From contig JBGSUI010000023.1 of assembly GCA_041736175.1 (NCBI GenBank), positions 1 to 36,125 on the forward strand: a stretch of DNA of 36,125 nucleotides, read 5' to 3'. The position numbers and the translations under genes were made by a program. Shown here piece by piece: positions 27,401 to 36,125 of the stretch; the stretch's first letter is position 1, and each line of letters opens with the position of its first letter. Source of the DNA: Oligoflexales bacterium (GTDB lineage Bacteria; Bdellovibrionota_B; Oligoflexia; Oligoflexales; CAIYRB01). The notes beneath the pieces are model-generated. The model saw only the letters and a program-made list of their open reading frames with translations, was not told the origin of the DNA and searched no databases.

Positions 27401-30400
27401 TGAGTGTTTTGTCACAGGCCTCGGGTGCGATCGTCGTGGGCGTGATCGTGATCACCATCTGTTGGGGAGCGCCGGGAGATGGTAGGGATTTGACTTCATT
27501 GGATATCGAGCAGCCCCCACCTGAAGAACCTAATTTGCGGCAAACTTGATAATTTAGGTTTACCGTTCCGTACCAGTTGCTTGCACTGTTGAAATTTGCA
27601 GTCCAGGTACCACCGCTGACGACAACATCTGTGATCGTGCCAATGCTTCCTGATAGGGTAGAGGTGATTTTTAGATCCTGTAAAGTCGCAAAATTTTCTG
27701 CCTGGGTGTAACCATTATTCAAGCTGATCGTTAAGGGGACGACCGTGACGGGAACACCGGAGGCAGTGAAACCGTTAAAGGTGGCGCCCGTGACTGCGAA
27801 TTCATAATCTTGGACTATTGTTACAGTCGCTGCGGGTGAAACCGCAGCAAAGTGTGTAGGATCTGACGGGTCACGGGCGGTGATGGTATAGGTGAAGGTC
27901 GTGGTTCCTGTTGTACTGAGAAGTGTTGGTTCGAATTGCAAGAGACAATCGCCCCCACTGCAACTGATCACAGAAACCGTGCCATTGGCGGATTGAGTGG
28001 TGATGTCAATATCGGCGGTAGCCGTTGGTACCGCATTCCACGGGTGATCCAAGGCGTCGTAGATGATCGGTGAGACACCAGCGTCTCCTGTAAGCCCCAT
28101 CTTAAAGGTTTGGGTGCGGCCTTGTAAGGTATTTATAGTGAAGGCCTTAGCTGTGGGGGGAGGCATGATGATGATATTGTAAGTGATGGGATCAGTGGGA
28201 TAGGAAAGGTATTTGACGTCATCTTCGACAACGACTTGGAGTTGGAAGCTCGCCACGACCGTAGCGTTGGTTGCTGAAGTGAGTCCAGCAGTTGGCACGA
28301 AATCCGCATTGCATTTGGTTGATGAGCAGGTGAATGCTCCGCTAAAAGTACCACCACTGACTGCGGAAACTAATACTTTTACAGGATTGGAATTGCGTTG
28401 ATGAGTATAATCGACATTTTTTTCGATGGTGATTCGCTGCTTTTGTCCCGTACTGGCAGTGATATCCCCAATATCCTTAACCCAATGGAGTGTTTGAGTC
28501 GCACTGACGACCTCTGGTTTGGGAAAGACATCGATGTAAAAAACCCCATCTGGAGCTGCTGACCAAAGTGGTACGGTATCTGTATTGATGGCGACTTGAT
28601 AATCAAATTTTGTGGCATTGCCATTCGATGAGCTTGTTGAGTAATAGCCTGCGGTCGGGGTAAAGTTGACTGTGCAAGCTCCTGTTCCGGAGCAACTCCA
28701 ACCGCTGAGAGTGCCGCTGGGGGTATAAGCTGGTGTGCCTGGACGTTGCCACAAGCTGGCGGCAATATTCGAGGTATAACCTGACCCTTGATTTATCGTG
28801 AGCGGGTTATTCGTGCTGTCTTTGGCTACGATAATATTTGCAGATGTTGGTACTGGTTTGGCAAAAATTTGAACGGTTGCAACACTGGTATTAGACCATA
28901 TTCCGTTTGCCATAACCCTGAAGTTTATGGTAGCAGTTCCAGATATGCCCGCAAGTGGAGTGACATTAATCAGGCAATTTCCTGCCGCATTGCAGGTTCC
29001 TGCTGTGGCGGTGTTGATAGGTGATCCAGAATTGGAAACGACCTGAATTTGCGTCGCTAGCATATCGTAACCGTCAGGAGCGACTCCGTAACTTGCATTG
29101 ATTTGCGAAGCGGTTTGATAACCAGTTCCGGGATCAACGGCTAGGGAGAATGCCGCACTGGAATATTTTGTGGTGCTTAAAGCATTGCTGATGGGAGCGA
29201 GTGGTGGTTTTAAGTCAAAGGTGATTGTCCCGGCACTGTCGCTTTCATAAGACATGGCCAAACTGGTAATATAGGATGACAGTTTCCAGCTAATTGCTTT
29301 TGTGATATTGACTTCACCAACTGGAGGAGTCCATTTCCAAGTACAAGCTGGAGTTGCACAGTTACAGACGACATCGGTTGATACTATGCTACAAGTGGTG
29401 CCATCACCGCCACTACCGACAGACACTCCAGCAAAGGTGCCCCATGTCGCAGTGTTGCTGACGCTAAGAAATTTTATTTGACTGACTTGGTCATTCTCAA
29501 GATCGCTGTACCACTTACCATTGCCGCAAGACGCATTGTCGCGAGCCATGGTTACGAATTTTGTCGTATTTTGGTAAACAATAATAGTTTTATTGCAGGC
29601 AACTGGTGGATTGTTATTTGGAACTACAGTGATGGAGAGTTGCTGTGGGGTTGCTGGTGAGGGCAAAGATTTGACATCGTCTGCTACGAGGCAACCACCA
29701 CCTGAGGCACCCAATTTGCGGCATACGCGGTAGTTCAGCTTTACATTTCCAAACCAATAACTAGCACTGTTAAAGTTGGCAGTCCACACGCCGCTGTTTA
29801 CAGCAGCGCCGGTAATAGTTCCAATGGCACCAGAAAGACTGGAAGTGATTTGCAAGTCTTCCAAAGTTGCAGCATTATCCACTTGGGTATAGCCGCTTCC
29901 TAAACTGATAGAGAGTGGAATGACGGTGACTGGAATGAGATTTAAGCTGCCATCGAGTGCCTGGGCTTGGGAGAATGTTTTCCCAGTCACCGTATGTTCA
30001 TAAACCTGGTTGATCGTGGCGGTTGCTGCTGTTGAAGTCGCTACGAATTGAGTTGGATTCGAAGCATCCCGGACGGTTATGGTGTAAGTAAACGCGGTAG
30101 ATCCCACGGATCCCAATAGAGTGGGCACAAACTGTGCAAGGCAGTCGCCACCACTACAGCTTTGGATCGTTATGGGACCGTTTGCGGATTGGGAGGTGAT
30201 TTGAATATCGCTTGTTGTGGACAAGGTCCCATTCCAAGCATGGTCAAAAGCGTCGTAGACAATGGGATTTGCTCCACCATTAGCTGTTGGTCCCATCTTA
30301 AAGGATTGGGTACGTCCCTGAACGGCGTTTATGGTAAAGGCCTTCGCAGTGGGTGCCGGCATGATGATAATATTGTGGGTGATGGGGTCGCTAGGAAAGG

Positions 30401-33400
30401 GGAGGTATTTGACGGCATCACCGACGACGATCTGCGCAGCAAAACTTGCGGCGACCGCGGTGTTATTGGCAGAGGATAGTCCGACTGTTGGTATAAAATC
30501 TGCAGTGCAGGTGTCGGCAATACAGGAGAACTGTCCACTGAAGGTGCCACCCGTCACCGCTGAGACAAGGATCTTGACTGGATCAGAATTGCGAAGATGG
30601 CCATAATCATCGCCTTTTTTGATGGTGATCCGTTGCTTTTGTCCAGCGCTTTTAGTCACATCACCGACTCCCTCGACCCAATAAAGGGTTTTGGTAGAAC
30701 TCACGATAATAGGTTTAGGAAAGACATCAATGTTAAAGGTCCCATCGGGCGGATCTGACCATAGGGGTACGGTGTTGGTGTTGATAGCAACTTGATAGTC
30801 AAATTTTGTCGCCGTTGCGATCGTCGCGTCGCTGGAATACCAGCCAGGGGTGGGGGTGAAGGATACAGTGCAGACACCAGCAACATCACAGCTCCAACTA
30901 TTTAATGTTCCTTCAGGAGTCAGGGTGGGAGCCCCAGGACGTTGCCATAGGCTCGCAAGGCTGCCAGTACTGGAAAGGTAGCCACTGCCCTTGCTGATGC
31001 TCAGGCTGTTGTTGCTACTGTCCTTAAGGACGACGGCACTGGCTGATGTTGCTGAGGGTTTTATATAGATGTGAACGGTCGTTACACCGGTGTTCGACCA
31101 AATGCCATTGGCTAAGACTTTGTAGTTTATGGTGGCGCTGCCAGAGGTTGTGGTCAAAGGTGTCACATTAATTTGGCAAATGCCTGCACTGGTGCAGGTT
31201 CCAGCCGTGACCGTGCCTAGGGGAGTCCCTGAAAACGAAACCACTTGAACCTGAGTGGCTATCATATCGTAGCCGTCTGGTGCGAGACCATAACCAGAGT
31301 TGATCTGCGTTGGCGACTGGTAGGCGCTACCAACATCAATAGGAATTGAAAAAACAACATCGTCGCTGCGGCTTAAGCTAAAGTTAGTGGCCACGGGTGC
31401 CAAAGGCGGTTTGATGTCGAAGGTAAGATTGGCTGCGGCAGTGCTTTCAAAGGAAGCGGAAAGATCCGTTGAATAAGTCGATAATTTGTAGCTGATAGAT
31501 CGGGTGGTATTGACTGCACCAGCCGGAGGGGTCCATTTCCAATGGCACGCATTGGAGGCGCAGGTGCAAACCGCATCGTTGCCAACGATCGAACAGGTGG
31601 TGTTATCGCCTCCCTGTCCGCTAGTGACTCCCGCAAAAGTCCCGTAGGTTGCGGTATTGCTGACATTGAGGAATTTAATTTGTGAAACATAATCATTGTT
31701 AACATCGGCATACCAATCCCCGTTACCGCAAGAACCGTTGTTCCGATTGGTTTTGACAAATTTGACAGTGTCTTGGTAAACAATAATGGTTTTGTTGCAA
31801 GCGACGGGTGGTGTGTCCCCGGGAAGGACATTGATTCGGATTTGTTCTGCAGATGTTGGCGATGCCAACGACTTGACGTCGTCTGCGACCAGGCATCCCC
31901 CTCCGGATGCACCGAGCTTGCGACAGACGCGGTAGTTCAGGTTGAGTGTTCCATACCAGAGGTTGGCTGCGTTAAAGTTTGCCGTCCACACCCCCCCACT
32001 GACCGACTCACCGGTAATCGTGCCCACACTTCCTGGGATCGATGTGGTGATTTGCAAATCTTCCAATGTAGCATTGTTTTCTACCTGGGTGTAGCCATTG
32101 TTTAGACTAATGCTGAGGGGCACCACGGTCCCGGGGATAACGTGTCCGCCCCCATCTAGGACCTGCGTTTGATTGAAAGTTCGTCCATTGACCACATGCT
32201 CGTAAACCTGGACGATCGTGCCTGTTGCAGCAAGTGAGGTCGCGACAAAATGCGTAGGATCATTCGGATCGGTCACCGTCACCGTATAGTTAAAGGTCGT
32301 GGTACCTGCCGACTGCAAAAGTGTCGGGGCAAATTGGGCGAGGCAGTCTCCAGCAGTGCAGCTTGACACTGTGATCGTGCCATTTGCAGACTGCGAGGTG
32401 ATTTGAATATCACTTGCAGCCAAAAATGCAGGGTTTGACCATACATGATCAAAGGCGTCGTAGACGATGGGGCTTGCGCCCCCGTTTGCCGTAGGTCCCA
32501 TTTTAAAGGCTTGGGTACGCCCTTGGACCGTATTGATTGTGAATGCCTTTGCAGTAGGCGCTGGCATTATAATGATATTGTAAGTGATCGGATCACTTGG
32601 GAAGGGCAAGTACTTAACGTTGTTTTCAACCACGATTTGTAGTTGGAAACTTGCCGCTACCGTAGTGGGAGTTGCTGAGCTCACCCCAGCATCCGGGATA
32701 AAATCGGCGTAGCAGCTATCCCCTAAACATGTAAAGGGCCCCGAAAATGTGCCGCCTGTGATAGCGGTAGGAAGAATTTTAACGGGATCAGAGCCACGAT
32801 CGTGGGTATAGTCGGTGGTTTTTTTAATGGTAATACGCTGTTTTTGTCCAGCAGGAGCGGTTACATCACCAACGTATTGTGCCCAATGCAATTCTTTGGT
32901 TGACGTCACAATGACAGGCTTTGGAAACACATCGATATTAAAAGTTCCATCAGGTGGATCAGACCAAAGGGGAACCGTGTCGGTATTGATGGCCACCCGA
33001 TAATCAAATTTGGTTGCATTGGTGGTCGTCGAGTCCGACGAATACCAGCCTGCTGTTGGTGTAAAACTTACTGTACAGGAACCACTGCCGTTGCAGCTCC
33101 AACCACTTAAGGTTCCGTTTGGAGTGATAACCGGAGTGGTAGGACGGTCCCAAAATGCAGCCGTTGCCGTAGCGTTGTACCCTAGGCCAGGACTTACGGT
33201 AAGAGTATTGTTGGAGCTATCTTTCAACACCACTGCTGAAGCTGATGTCGGCCTCGGTTTGACATAGATTTTAACCGTTGCGACGCTGGTGTTCGACCAA
33301 ACACCGTTGGCCATCAATCTGTAATTGATCGTTGCAACCCCAGAACCGTCTGTCAAAGGAGTTACATTGAGGATGCATTTTCCGGAAGCATTACATGCGC

Positions 33401-35996
33401 CAGAAGTCACGGTGTTCAGTGGTGATCCAGAAATCGAGACCACTTGGACCTGGGTTGCGAGCATTTCGTACCCATCAGGGGCCACTGCATATCCAGCGTT
33501 GATTTCTGGCACTGTTTTGTATGCCGATCCTACATCGAGATCAAGCGCAAATGCGGTATCGACGTTACGGGTTGGAAGGGTAAAAGAATTGGTGATCGGA
33601 GCGAGGGGTGGTTTAATATCAAAGGTAATTTGTCCAGAACTCGTGCTCTCAAAGGCCGCATTAAGGACTGGGATGAAAGTTGACAGTTTCCAATTTACGA
33701 CTCGGGTCGTGTTTACAAGTCCAGCCGGAGGTGTCCACTGCCAGGTACAACTATTGGTGGCACAAGTACAAATGGCGTCGTTTCCAGAGATGGTGCAGGT
33801 TGTTCCATCGCCGCCGTTTCCAACGGATATTCCCGAGAAAACACCCCAAGTCGTGGTATTGCTAACATTGAGAAATTTGATCTCAGATACATCGTCATTT
33901 TCTGAGTCGCTGTACCATTTGCCGTTGCCGCAGGAACCATTATCTCGAACCATCGTTACGGACTTATTGATGTTTTGATAGACAATAAGATTCTTGTTAC
34001 AAGCCACCGGTGCGTTATTGTTTGGAATGACTGTAATAGATAATTTTTCAGCGCCCGAAGGAGAAGGCAACGATTTAACATCGTCAGATATCAAACATCC
34101 ACCTCCGGATAGCCCGAGCTTGCGGCAGACACGGTAGTTTAAGTTGACCGTCCCAAACCAATAGTTGGCACTGTTAAAGTTTGCGGTCCAAACACCGTTT
34201 GTCACCGAAGCTCCGGTGATGGTCCCAACACTTGCTGGAAGCGTTGACATAATCTGTAAGTCTTCCAAGGTAGGCTGGCCTTCAACTTGGTTATAGCCAT
34301 TTCCTAAACTAATGGTAAGTGGAACAACAGTGACTGGGATGATATTGCTGCTGCCGTCCAGTAACTGCAAAAGGGAAAAGGATTGTCCTGTGACAGTATG
34401 TTCATACACTTGAACAATGGTACCGGTTGCTGGAGCTGAAGTAGCTACAAATCGGGTAGGGTCTGAAGGGTCACGGGCCGTCACCTTATACTGAAAGGTT
34501 GATGTTCCCGTGGTTTGTAATAGGGTTGGTTTGAACTCTGCAAGGCAAACTCCGGCGGTGCAGCTTACGATCGAAACAGTACCGCTGGTTGGTTGACTTG
34601 TGATCTCGATGTCGCTAGGTGACACGAGTTCAGAGTTCCAAGCATGATCGAGAGCATCATAGATGATGGGGTTAACCCCGCCGTTGGCTGTTGCGCCCAT
34701 CTTAAACGGCTGAGTCCGGCCCTGGACTGTATTGATGGTAAATGCGTTGGCTGTGGGAGGCGGCATGACGATGATAGAGTAGGTGATCGGATCAGATGGG
34801 TATGGCAGATATTTAACGGCGTTTTCTGCAACTATTTGCAGTTTAAAGCTTGAGACGGACGTAGTCGGGTTAGCCGAGACCAGGCCTGCAGTGGGTATAA
34901 AATCAGCATAACAACTGTCACCAGAACAGACGAAGCTGCCCGAAAAGGATCCACCAACGATATTTGAAGTCAAGATTTTAACGGGGTCTGAATTTCGCCC
35001 ATGAGTATAATCGATCCCTTTGCGTACGGTGATGCGCATTTTTTGGCCTGCCGTAGCAGTGGTATCGCCAATATCCTTGACCCAATGCAGCTCTTTAGTC
35101 AGCGAAACAGGGACGGGCTTAGGAAACACATCGATATTCCAAATGCCATCTGGGGATCCTGACCAAATCGTTCCCGAGGCGCTATTGATGGCAACGCGAT
35201 AATCAAATTTGGTATTAGACGCTGTGGATGAGTCGGCAGTAAAAAACCCAGGTGTTGGCGTATAGCTGACCGTACACACCCCGGCGCCGGTGCAGGACCA
35301 TCCTGAGAGGGAGCCATTTAGGGTGTAGCTAGGTACGACTGGTCGGTCCCAGCTGGTGGCCAGCTGGGAAAGACTGTGGGTATAGCCGCTGCCTGAGCTT
35401 ATGGTGAGGGTATTGTTGGTGCTATCGGCGGCGACGGTCCCGTAGAGGTTGATACCGGTCTGAGGCCTTGGATAAAAATACACAGAAGAATTCCCTGCAA
35501 CATGGGATGTGTACCCATCACCATCTCTGACGTCATAGGTAAAGCTAGCATTGCTGACAAAAGAACCGCCGGTCAGTGAATCGATGGTAACGCTACATAT
35601 TCCGGCAGCACAGGACTGCCAGGTGCCGAGCCCGCTCACTGTGGCGTTGTTGACCGTTAAGACTTTGATGTCGGTAATAGTGTAACCAAGGTTGTGAATA
35701 AATCCCCCAGGACTGGCGGGGCCAGGGCCTGAAGCGATGTCGACGACCAAAGGTATCCCCTCAACACCTTGGTTGGGACCTGCCACTACATTGCGGGAAT
35801 TGGTCACGATCCTGGGGGACATCGTAATGGAGACCAGGGCATCGGTTAAAGCAGCCAGCGGGGTCGTCCCATCCAACTCTTTAAACGTTGCATCGGATGT
35901 TTGGAACCGAAAGGAGCCTGTTAGAGTGCCTTCAGCCGCTGCCCAAATGCGGGGATAATAGCGAACGTAGCAGTGGCCAGCGACACAGCTATAGGT
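21435..35996 (-). CDS. Giant Cys-rich Ig/cadherin-like repeat surface protein with C-terminal RCC1 beta-propeller; 5'-truncated
   Basis: 4813-aa ORF from TTG 35876, but the frame stays open 40 more codons (TYSCVAGHCYVRYYPR...) to an in-frame TAG at 35997-35999. No signal peptide. Thr/Ser/Gly/Asn-rich ~120-aa domains with C-x3-5-C hairpins, F.Y.V strands and D/NAP linkers. Confidence 0.9.
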   Translation of the reverse strand, partial: TYSCVAGHCYVRYYPRIWAAAEGTLTGSFRFQTSDATFKELDGTTPLAALTDALVSITMSPRIVTNSRNVVAGPNQGVEGIPLVVDIASGPGPASPGGFIHNLGYTITDIKVLTVNNATVSGLGTWQSCAAGICSVTIDSLTGGSFVSNASFTYDVRDGDGYTSHVAGNSSVYFYPRPQTGINLYGTVAADSTNNTLTISSGSGYTHSLSQLATSWDRPVVPSYTLNGSLSGWSCTGAGVCTVSYTPTPGFFTADSSTASNTKFDYRVAINSASGTIWSGSPDGIWNIDVFPKPVPVSLTKELHWVKDIGDTTATAGQKMRITVRKGIDYTHGRNSDPVKILTSNIVGGSFSGSFVCSGDSCYADFIPTAGLVSANPTTSVSSFKLQIVAENAVKYLPYPSDPITYSIIVMPPPTANAFTINTVQGRTQPFKMGATANGGVNPIIYDALDHAWNSELVSPSDIEITSQPTSGTVSIVSCTAGVCLAEFKPTLLQTTGTSTFQYKVTARDPSDPTRFVATSAPATGTIVQVYEHTVTGQSFSLLQLLDGSSNIIPVTVVPLTISLGNGYNQVEGQPTLEDLQIMSTLPASVGTITGASVTNGVWTANFNSANYWFGTVNLNYRVCRKLGLSGGGCLISDDVKSLPSPSGAEKLSITVIPNNNAPVACNKNLIVYQNINKSVTMVRDNGSCGNGKWYSDSENDDVSEIKFLNVSNTTTWGVFSGISVGNGGDGTTCTISGNDAICTCATNSCTWQWTPPAGLVNTTRVVNWKLSTFIPVLNAAFESTSSGQITFDIKPPLAPITNSFTLPTRNVDTAFALDLDVGSAYKTVPEINAGYAVAPDGYEMLATQVQVVSISGSPLNTVTSGACNASGKCILNVTPLTDGSGVATINYRLMANGVWSNTSVATVKIYVKPRPTSASAVVLKDSSNNTLTVSPGLGYNATATAAFWDRPTTPVITPNGTLSGWSCNGSGSCTVSFTPTAGWYSSDSTTTNATKFDYRVAINTDTVPLWSDPPDGTFNIDVFPKPVIVTSTKELHWAQYVGDVTAPAGQKQRITIKKTTDYTHDRGSDPVKILPTAITGGTFSGPFTCLGDSCYADFIPDAGVSSATPTTVAASFQLQIVVENNVKYLPFPSDPITYNIIIMPAPTAKAFTINTVQGRTQAFKMGPTANGGASPIVYDAFDHVWSNPAFLAASDIQITSQSANGTITVSSCTAGDCLAQFAPTLLQSAGTTTFNYTVTVTDPNDPTHFVATSLAATGTIVQVYEHVVNGRTFNQTQVLDGGGHVIPGTVVPLSISLNNGYTQVENNATLEDLQITTSIPGSVGTITGESVSGGVWTANFNAANLWYGTLNLNYRVCRKLGASGGGCLVADDVKSLASPTSAEQIRINVLPGDTPPVACNKTIIVYQDTVKFVKTNRNNGSCGNGDWYADVNNDYVSQIKFLNVSNTATYGTFAGVTSGQGGDNTTCSIVGNDAVCTCASNACHWKWTPPAGAVNTTRSISYKLSTYSTDLSASFESTAAANLTFDIKPPLAPVATNFSLSRSDDVVFSIPIDVGSAYQSPTQINSGYGLAPDGYDMIATQVQVVSFSGTPLGTVTAGTCTSAGICQINVTPLTTTSGSATINYKVLANGIWSNTGVTTVHIYIKPSATSASAVVLKDSSNNSLSISKGSGYLSSTGSLASLWQRPGAPTLTPEGTLNSWSCDVAGVCTVSFTPTPGWYSSDATIATATKFDYQVAINTNTVPLWSDPPDGTFNIDVFPKPIIVSSTKTLYWVEGVGDVTKSAGQKQRITIKKGDDYGHLRNSDPVKILVSAVTGGTFSGQFSCIADTCTADFIPTVGLSSANNTAVAASFAAQIVVGDAVKYLPFPSDPITHNIIIMPAPTAKAFTINAVQGRTQSFKMGPTANGGANPIVYDAFDHAWNGTLSTTSDIQITSQSANGPITIQSCSGGDCLAQFVPTLLGSVGSTAFTYTITVRDASNPTQFVATSTAATATINQVYEHTVTGKTFSQAQALDGSLNLIPVTVIPLSISLGSGYTQVDNAATLEDLQITSSLSGAIGTITGAAVNSGVWTANFNSASYWFGNVKLNYRVCRKLGASGGGCLVADDVKSLPSPATPQQLSITVVPNNNPPVACNKTIIVYQNTTKFVTMARDNASCGNGKWYSDLENDQVSQIKFLSVSNTATWGTFAGVSVGSGGDGTTCSIVSTDVVCNCATPACTWKWTPPVGEVNITKAISWKLSSYITSLAMSYESDSAGTITFDLKPPLAPISNALSTTKYSSAAFSLAVDPGTGYQTASQINASYGVAPDGYDMLATQIQVVSNSGSPINTATAGTCNAAGNCLINVTPLAGISGTATINFRVMANGIWSNTSVATVQIFAKPVPTSANIIVAKDSTNNPLTINQGSGYTSNIAASLWQRPGTPAYTPSGTLSGWSCSGTGACTVNFTPTAGYYSTSSSNGNATKFDYQVAINTDTVPLWSAAPDGVFYIDVFPKPEVVSATQTLHWVKDIGDITASTGQKQRITIEKNVDYTHQRNSNPVKVLVSAVSGGTFSGAFTCSSTKCNADFVPTAGLTSATNATVVASFQLQVVVEDDVKYLSYPTDPITYNIIIMPPPTAKAFTINTLQGRTQTFKMGLTGDAGVSPIIYDALDHPWNAVPTATADIDITTQSANGTVSVISCSGGDCLLQFEPTLLSTTGTTTFTYTITARDPSDPTHFAAVSPAATVTIVQDYEFAVTGATFNGFTASGVPVTVVPLTISLNNGYTQAENFATLQDLKITSTLSGSIGTITDVVVSGGTWTANFNSASNWYGTVNLNYQVCRKLGSSGGGCSISNEVKSLPSPGAPQQMVITITPTTIAPEACDKTLNVFTNTAKTVTMVRDNASCGNGKWYVDVDGDNISKIKFLNVSNTATYGTFAGITSANGGDNTTCSIVAADVECTCVTSACTWSWTPPVGTTNTTIPVSYIVSTYSTIFAVTGNSSPKTLSFTITPPLAPVGENLTINTSEDTTYNLTIQPGYGYLTPSGINASYISLPDGYPMTATAVSIVSFDTNAFVSVTPGACNAGGQCPVAIVPLMDFNGTGTFVYMVTANGLLSPSKTITVNFAAVEDAPQVAGINNQTMVFNRKYEFDATANPAHYGTFYLSGSGQPITVTLSPYTNPTYNNSPWRAGINALPTDPNRWTKGYYDVDSGLATKVRIVSGSLAGGTIDYAAGKDANDAFTCDGAGVCTASFVPNGSKLDDFMTVRYYVTTSQGPSTPQEQPLYSTLDVYVSGGPTAPTSSHLPVPGTQDPSVSPPSFDVNYTVGRGTTTPIPIPATTWTTNQFLNFAGSGNVTSIEIGNGSNGASAPTNLAYNSGTDPATCDATRCTVPVITDPSYASYPATGSFWYRIKTGENYTAANGYAFGNNLAKSSNWSKVTVKILLAPPGLSCPTSGVITNNALLGNVVQGGTFSATIGNGGTNGNFYTYPSAETFQQLVTMLISDTDGSSITGCPGLNCTCSSGRCDFSWKLPGNTTPTDFNDDAFETSWITVTGYDTNNCNTNTTNLRLRIIPKIATRSMCPASTYAIPNDDRCIQAVNTINIINRTPTTITFRKQGALAATDQNGYEYSSDGQANAAKIRIFGFNSEVATILKAPLTSAFSGSGVTCTGSTPADLVCETTNCDASGTCSIDMQGSTGSDWGLVQFSYNAYLADGTVSQTYQHNWQKGTPNGATWLPTDGMNYVTGNGLRKMWVKAMPTVTNPTVSTSMNEAVTIVIGREDLGFSGINYPDSANWTGQNVTISTFNLQNLSIGSSTYDPTNKTLTVSVIPNLNFEGNGTFNYNVTVWGITSATGTYTVSANRDLIASSATRSTNVNTVLNGSVTKNIDYVKKVGVVEDDAVDLQILNSDYTAVPAGKGSVTIGTCTTGTCTFTYTPPTAVFTGTVALKYRVKGGPVGNRTWSNYADFTIDVLALPTPPVVYNLSFTGSDETMKLLSISPGIANGYTDVNNDLAAKLFASNPTNGTLSPANPITCDGTGMCLVSFMPNAGHYGSATFDFNVEANGQQATTGATVTVDFQPQLRAQNLTVNGVMNQNKSVTISRNNGYTYNPGPNVNKLIINSITNGSISGNPTEITCTAGSCPFTFIPTPAFTGNATVGFKARINGTPDQDSNNATLTIAISATDAAPVANNFAVILPNRSAYVVELNPGTQYTDLESDKASTMTIMSAVGGSGSAESCNGTTGVCNFTYTPSANYFGEGRVLYTVTANGKTSNQGVITFTIPDDATRSFTLGWGASPVLDGQCKITIPGVVSVLSGGSSCGSDNCVTPATGTIATSVSTLGVTANLVGVNGTLNVFTNLTKHQTTWEVTNGAETARIARYLELKDLGAPTQLRIPILSLTPTFDMVMEGIQTPFQGCSGASCGTTKPASLTSGDDFNCALTSDARVSCWGSNSNGKLGRNETSATTPSSWEPMGIRDPNDPDFDLYSLTAVVAGKNHGCALNATKRVVCWGSNEFGQLGANLATGVGETSVTPVFVKNTANSGNLSNIVALAAGNDHTCAIDTSRKTYCWGKNANGQLGNGTTTLAAIPVAVKLVTAKDGSDNVTATADLSDVFSISAGESHTCAVRLTVVSGSITGQNVLCWGANDSDQIGDNDYWSNDASLITRLTNGDSNLDRVYPVLVRDASNVAIANLVSVSAGGKTSCVLLQNQKAMCWGSNTQGVAGVDTPATNTKIKNPTTVRAASGASDLTNIVSITVGNAHACALLNTKEPVCWGANSTYQLGNGTSTDSVLPVTIKNTNDSNVSGVYTVQAGFNHTCITDSSGVRCFGSNGSSQIGVSAVGTEQITVGDPVHVLSGSFDTALKACTKVYDFVVP
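21480..22790 (-). repeat. RCC1-like repeats (about 7 blades) at the giant protein C-terminus
   Basis: Repeated G..H.CA....V.CWG.N..GQLG units (GKNHGCA, GNDHTCA, GESHTCA, GNAHACA, GFNHTCI). Confidence 0.9.
26690..35470 (-). repeat. Four tandem ~2.2-kb (732-735 aa) intragenic super-repeats
   Basis: Homologous L(H/Y)W codons at 35082, 32883, 30678 and 28482 give periods of 2199, 2205 and 2196 bp. Shared motifs include VCRKLG.SGGGC and TKFDY.VAIN. Boundaries approximate. Confidence 0.95.
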
Positions 35997-36125
35997 CTAC
36001 GCACATGAAAAGATAGATTTTAGTTTTTTCCGTGGTATAATGAAAGTTTTTATTCAATCTCATCAATTTTAGACTCATTTTCCCAAAATTCGTCCTCTAT
36101 CTCTCTGATTTTTTTAACTAATTTC
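35994..36125 (-). mobile_element. Probable IS end interrupting the giant gene; includes the 3' end of a minus-strand ORF (36050..36124)
   Basis: Abrupt switch to AT-rich DNA after ...GCTATA|GGTCTACGCACATG. The minus strand reads KLVKKIREIEDEFWENESKIDEIE* ending about 55 bp from the junction, a layout typical of a transposase 3' end plus terminal repeat. Identity not confirmable here. Confidence 0.5.

Noticed and set aside
26690..35470. Diversity-generating retroelement or assembly-duplication explanation of the long repeats
   Set aside because: No reverse transcriptase is present; differences involve all bases, mostly at third codon positions, with small in-frame indels.
21727..35958. Numerous + strand and alternate-frame ORFs (60-217 aa) within the giant gene
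   Set aside because: Shadows of a repetitive Thr/Gly/Ser-rich coding frame; they recur with the repeats and show no independent signals.
36033..36041. Extended -10 TGGTATAAT on the + strand
   Set aside because: Points antisense to the ORF tail at 36050-36124 with no + strand gene visible; may be chance in AT-rich DNA.

Overview
A 36-kb bacterial window with about 19 plausible genes. Gene content suggests Bdellovibrionota (probably Oligoflexia) or a related deltaproteobacteria-like lineage; this is inference from the many lipoproteins, a myxobacterial-type beta-barrel, an orphan pilO and a giant RCC1-tipped Cys-rich protein. Both window ends appear to run into insertion sequences. The left part holds an IS701/IS4-superfamily DDE transposase whose C-terminus seems replaced by the end of a second element, a DUF4143-ATPase remnant, an outer-membrane beta-barrel, and an archaeal-type AAA ATPase/PD-(D/E)XK gene preceded by a regular 4-box palindromic array. 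These are followed by an orphan histidine kinase and a low-GC truncated gene. The middle holds a monoheme cytochrome c lipoprotein + diheme cytochrome c lipoprotein + porin-like cluster behind a sigma28-type promoter, truA, pilO with a long low-complexity insert, an IucA/IucC-like lipoprotein behind a sigma54 promoter, and a TPR / LolB-like / T2SSE_N / cholesterol-oxidase-like / ADC-like operon. The right 14.5 kb is a >4850-codon Cys-rich Ig-like repeat protein with four ~733-aa super-repeats and a C-terminal RCC1 propeller, truncated at its 5' end. I saw no tRNA, rRNA or CRISPR array. All family calls come from motif recognition by eye, not database searches.
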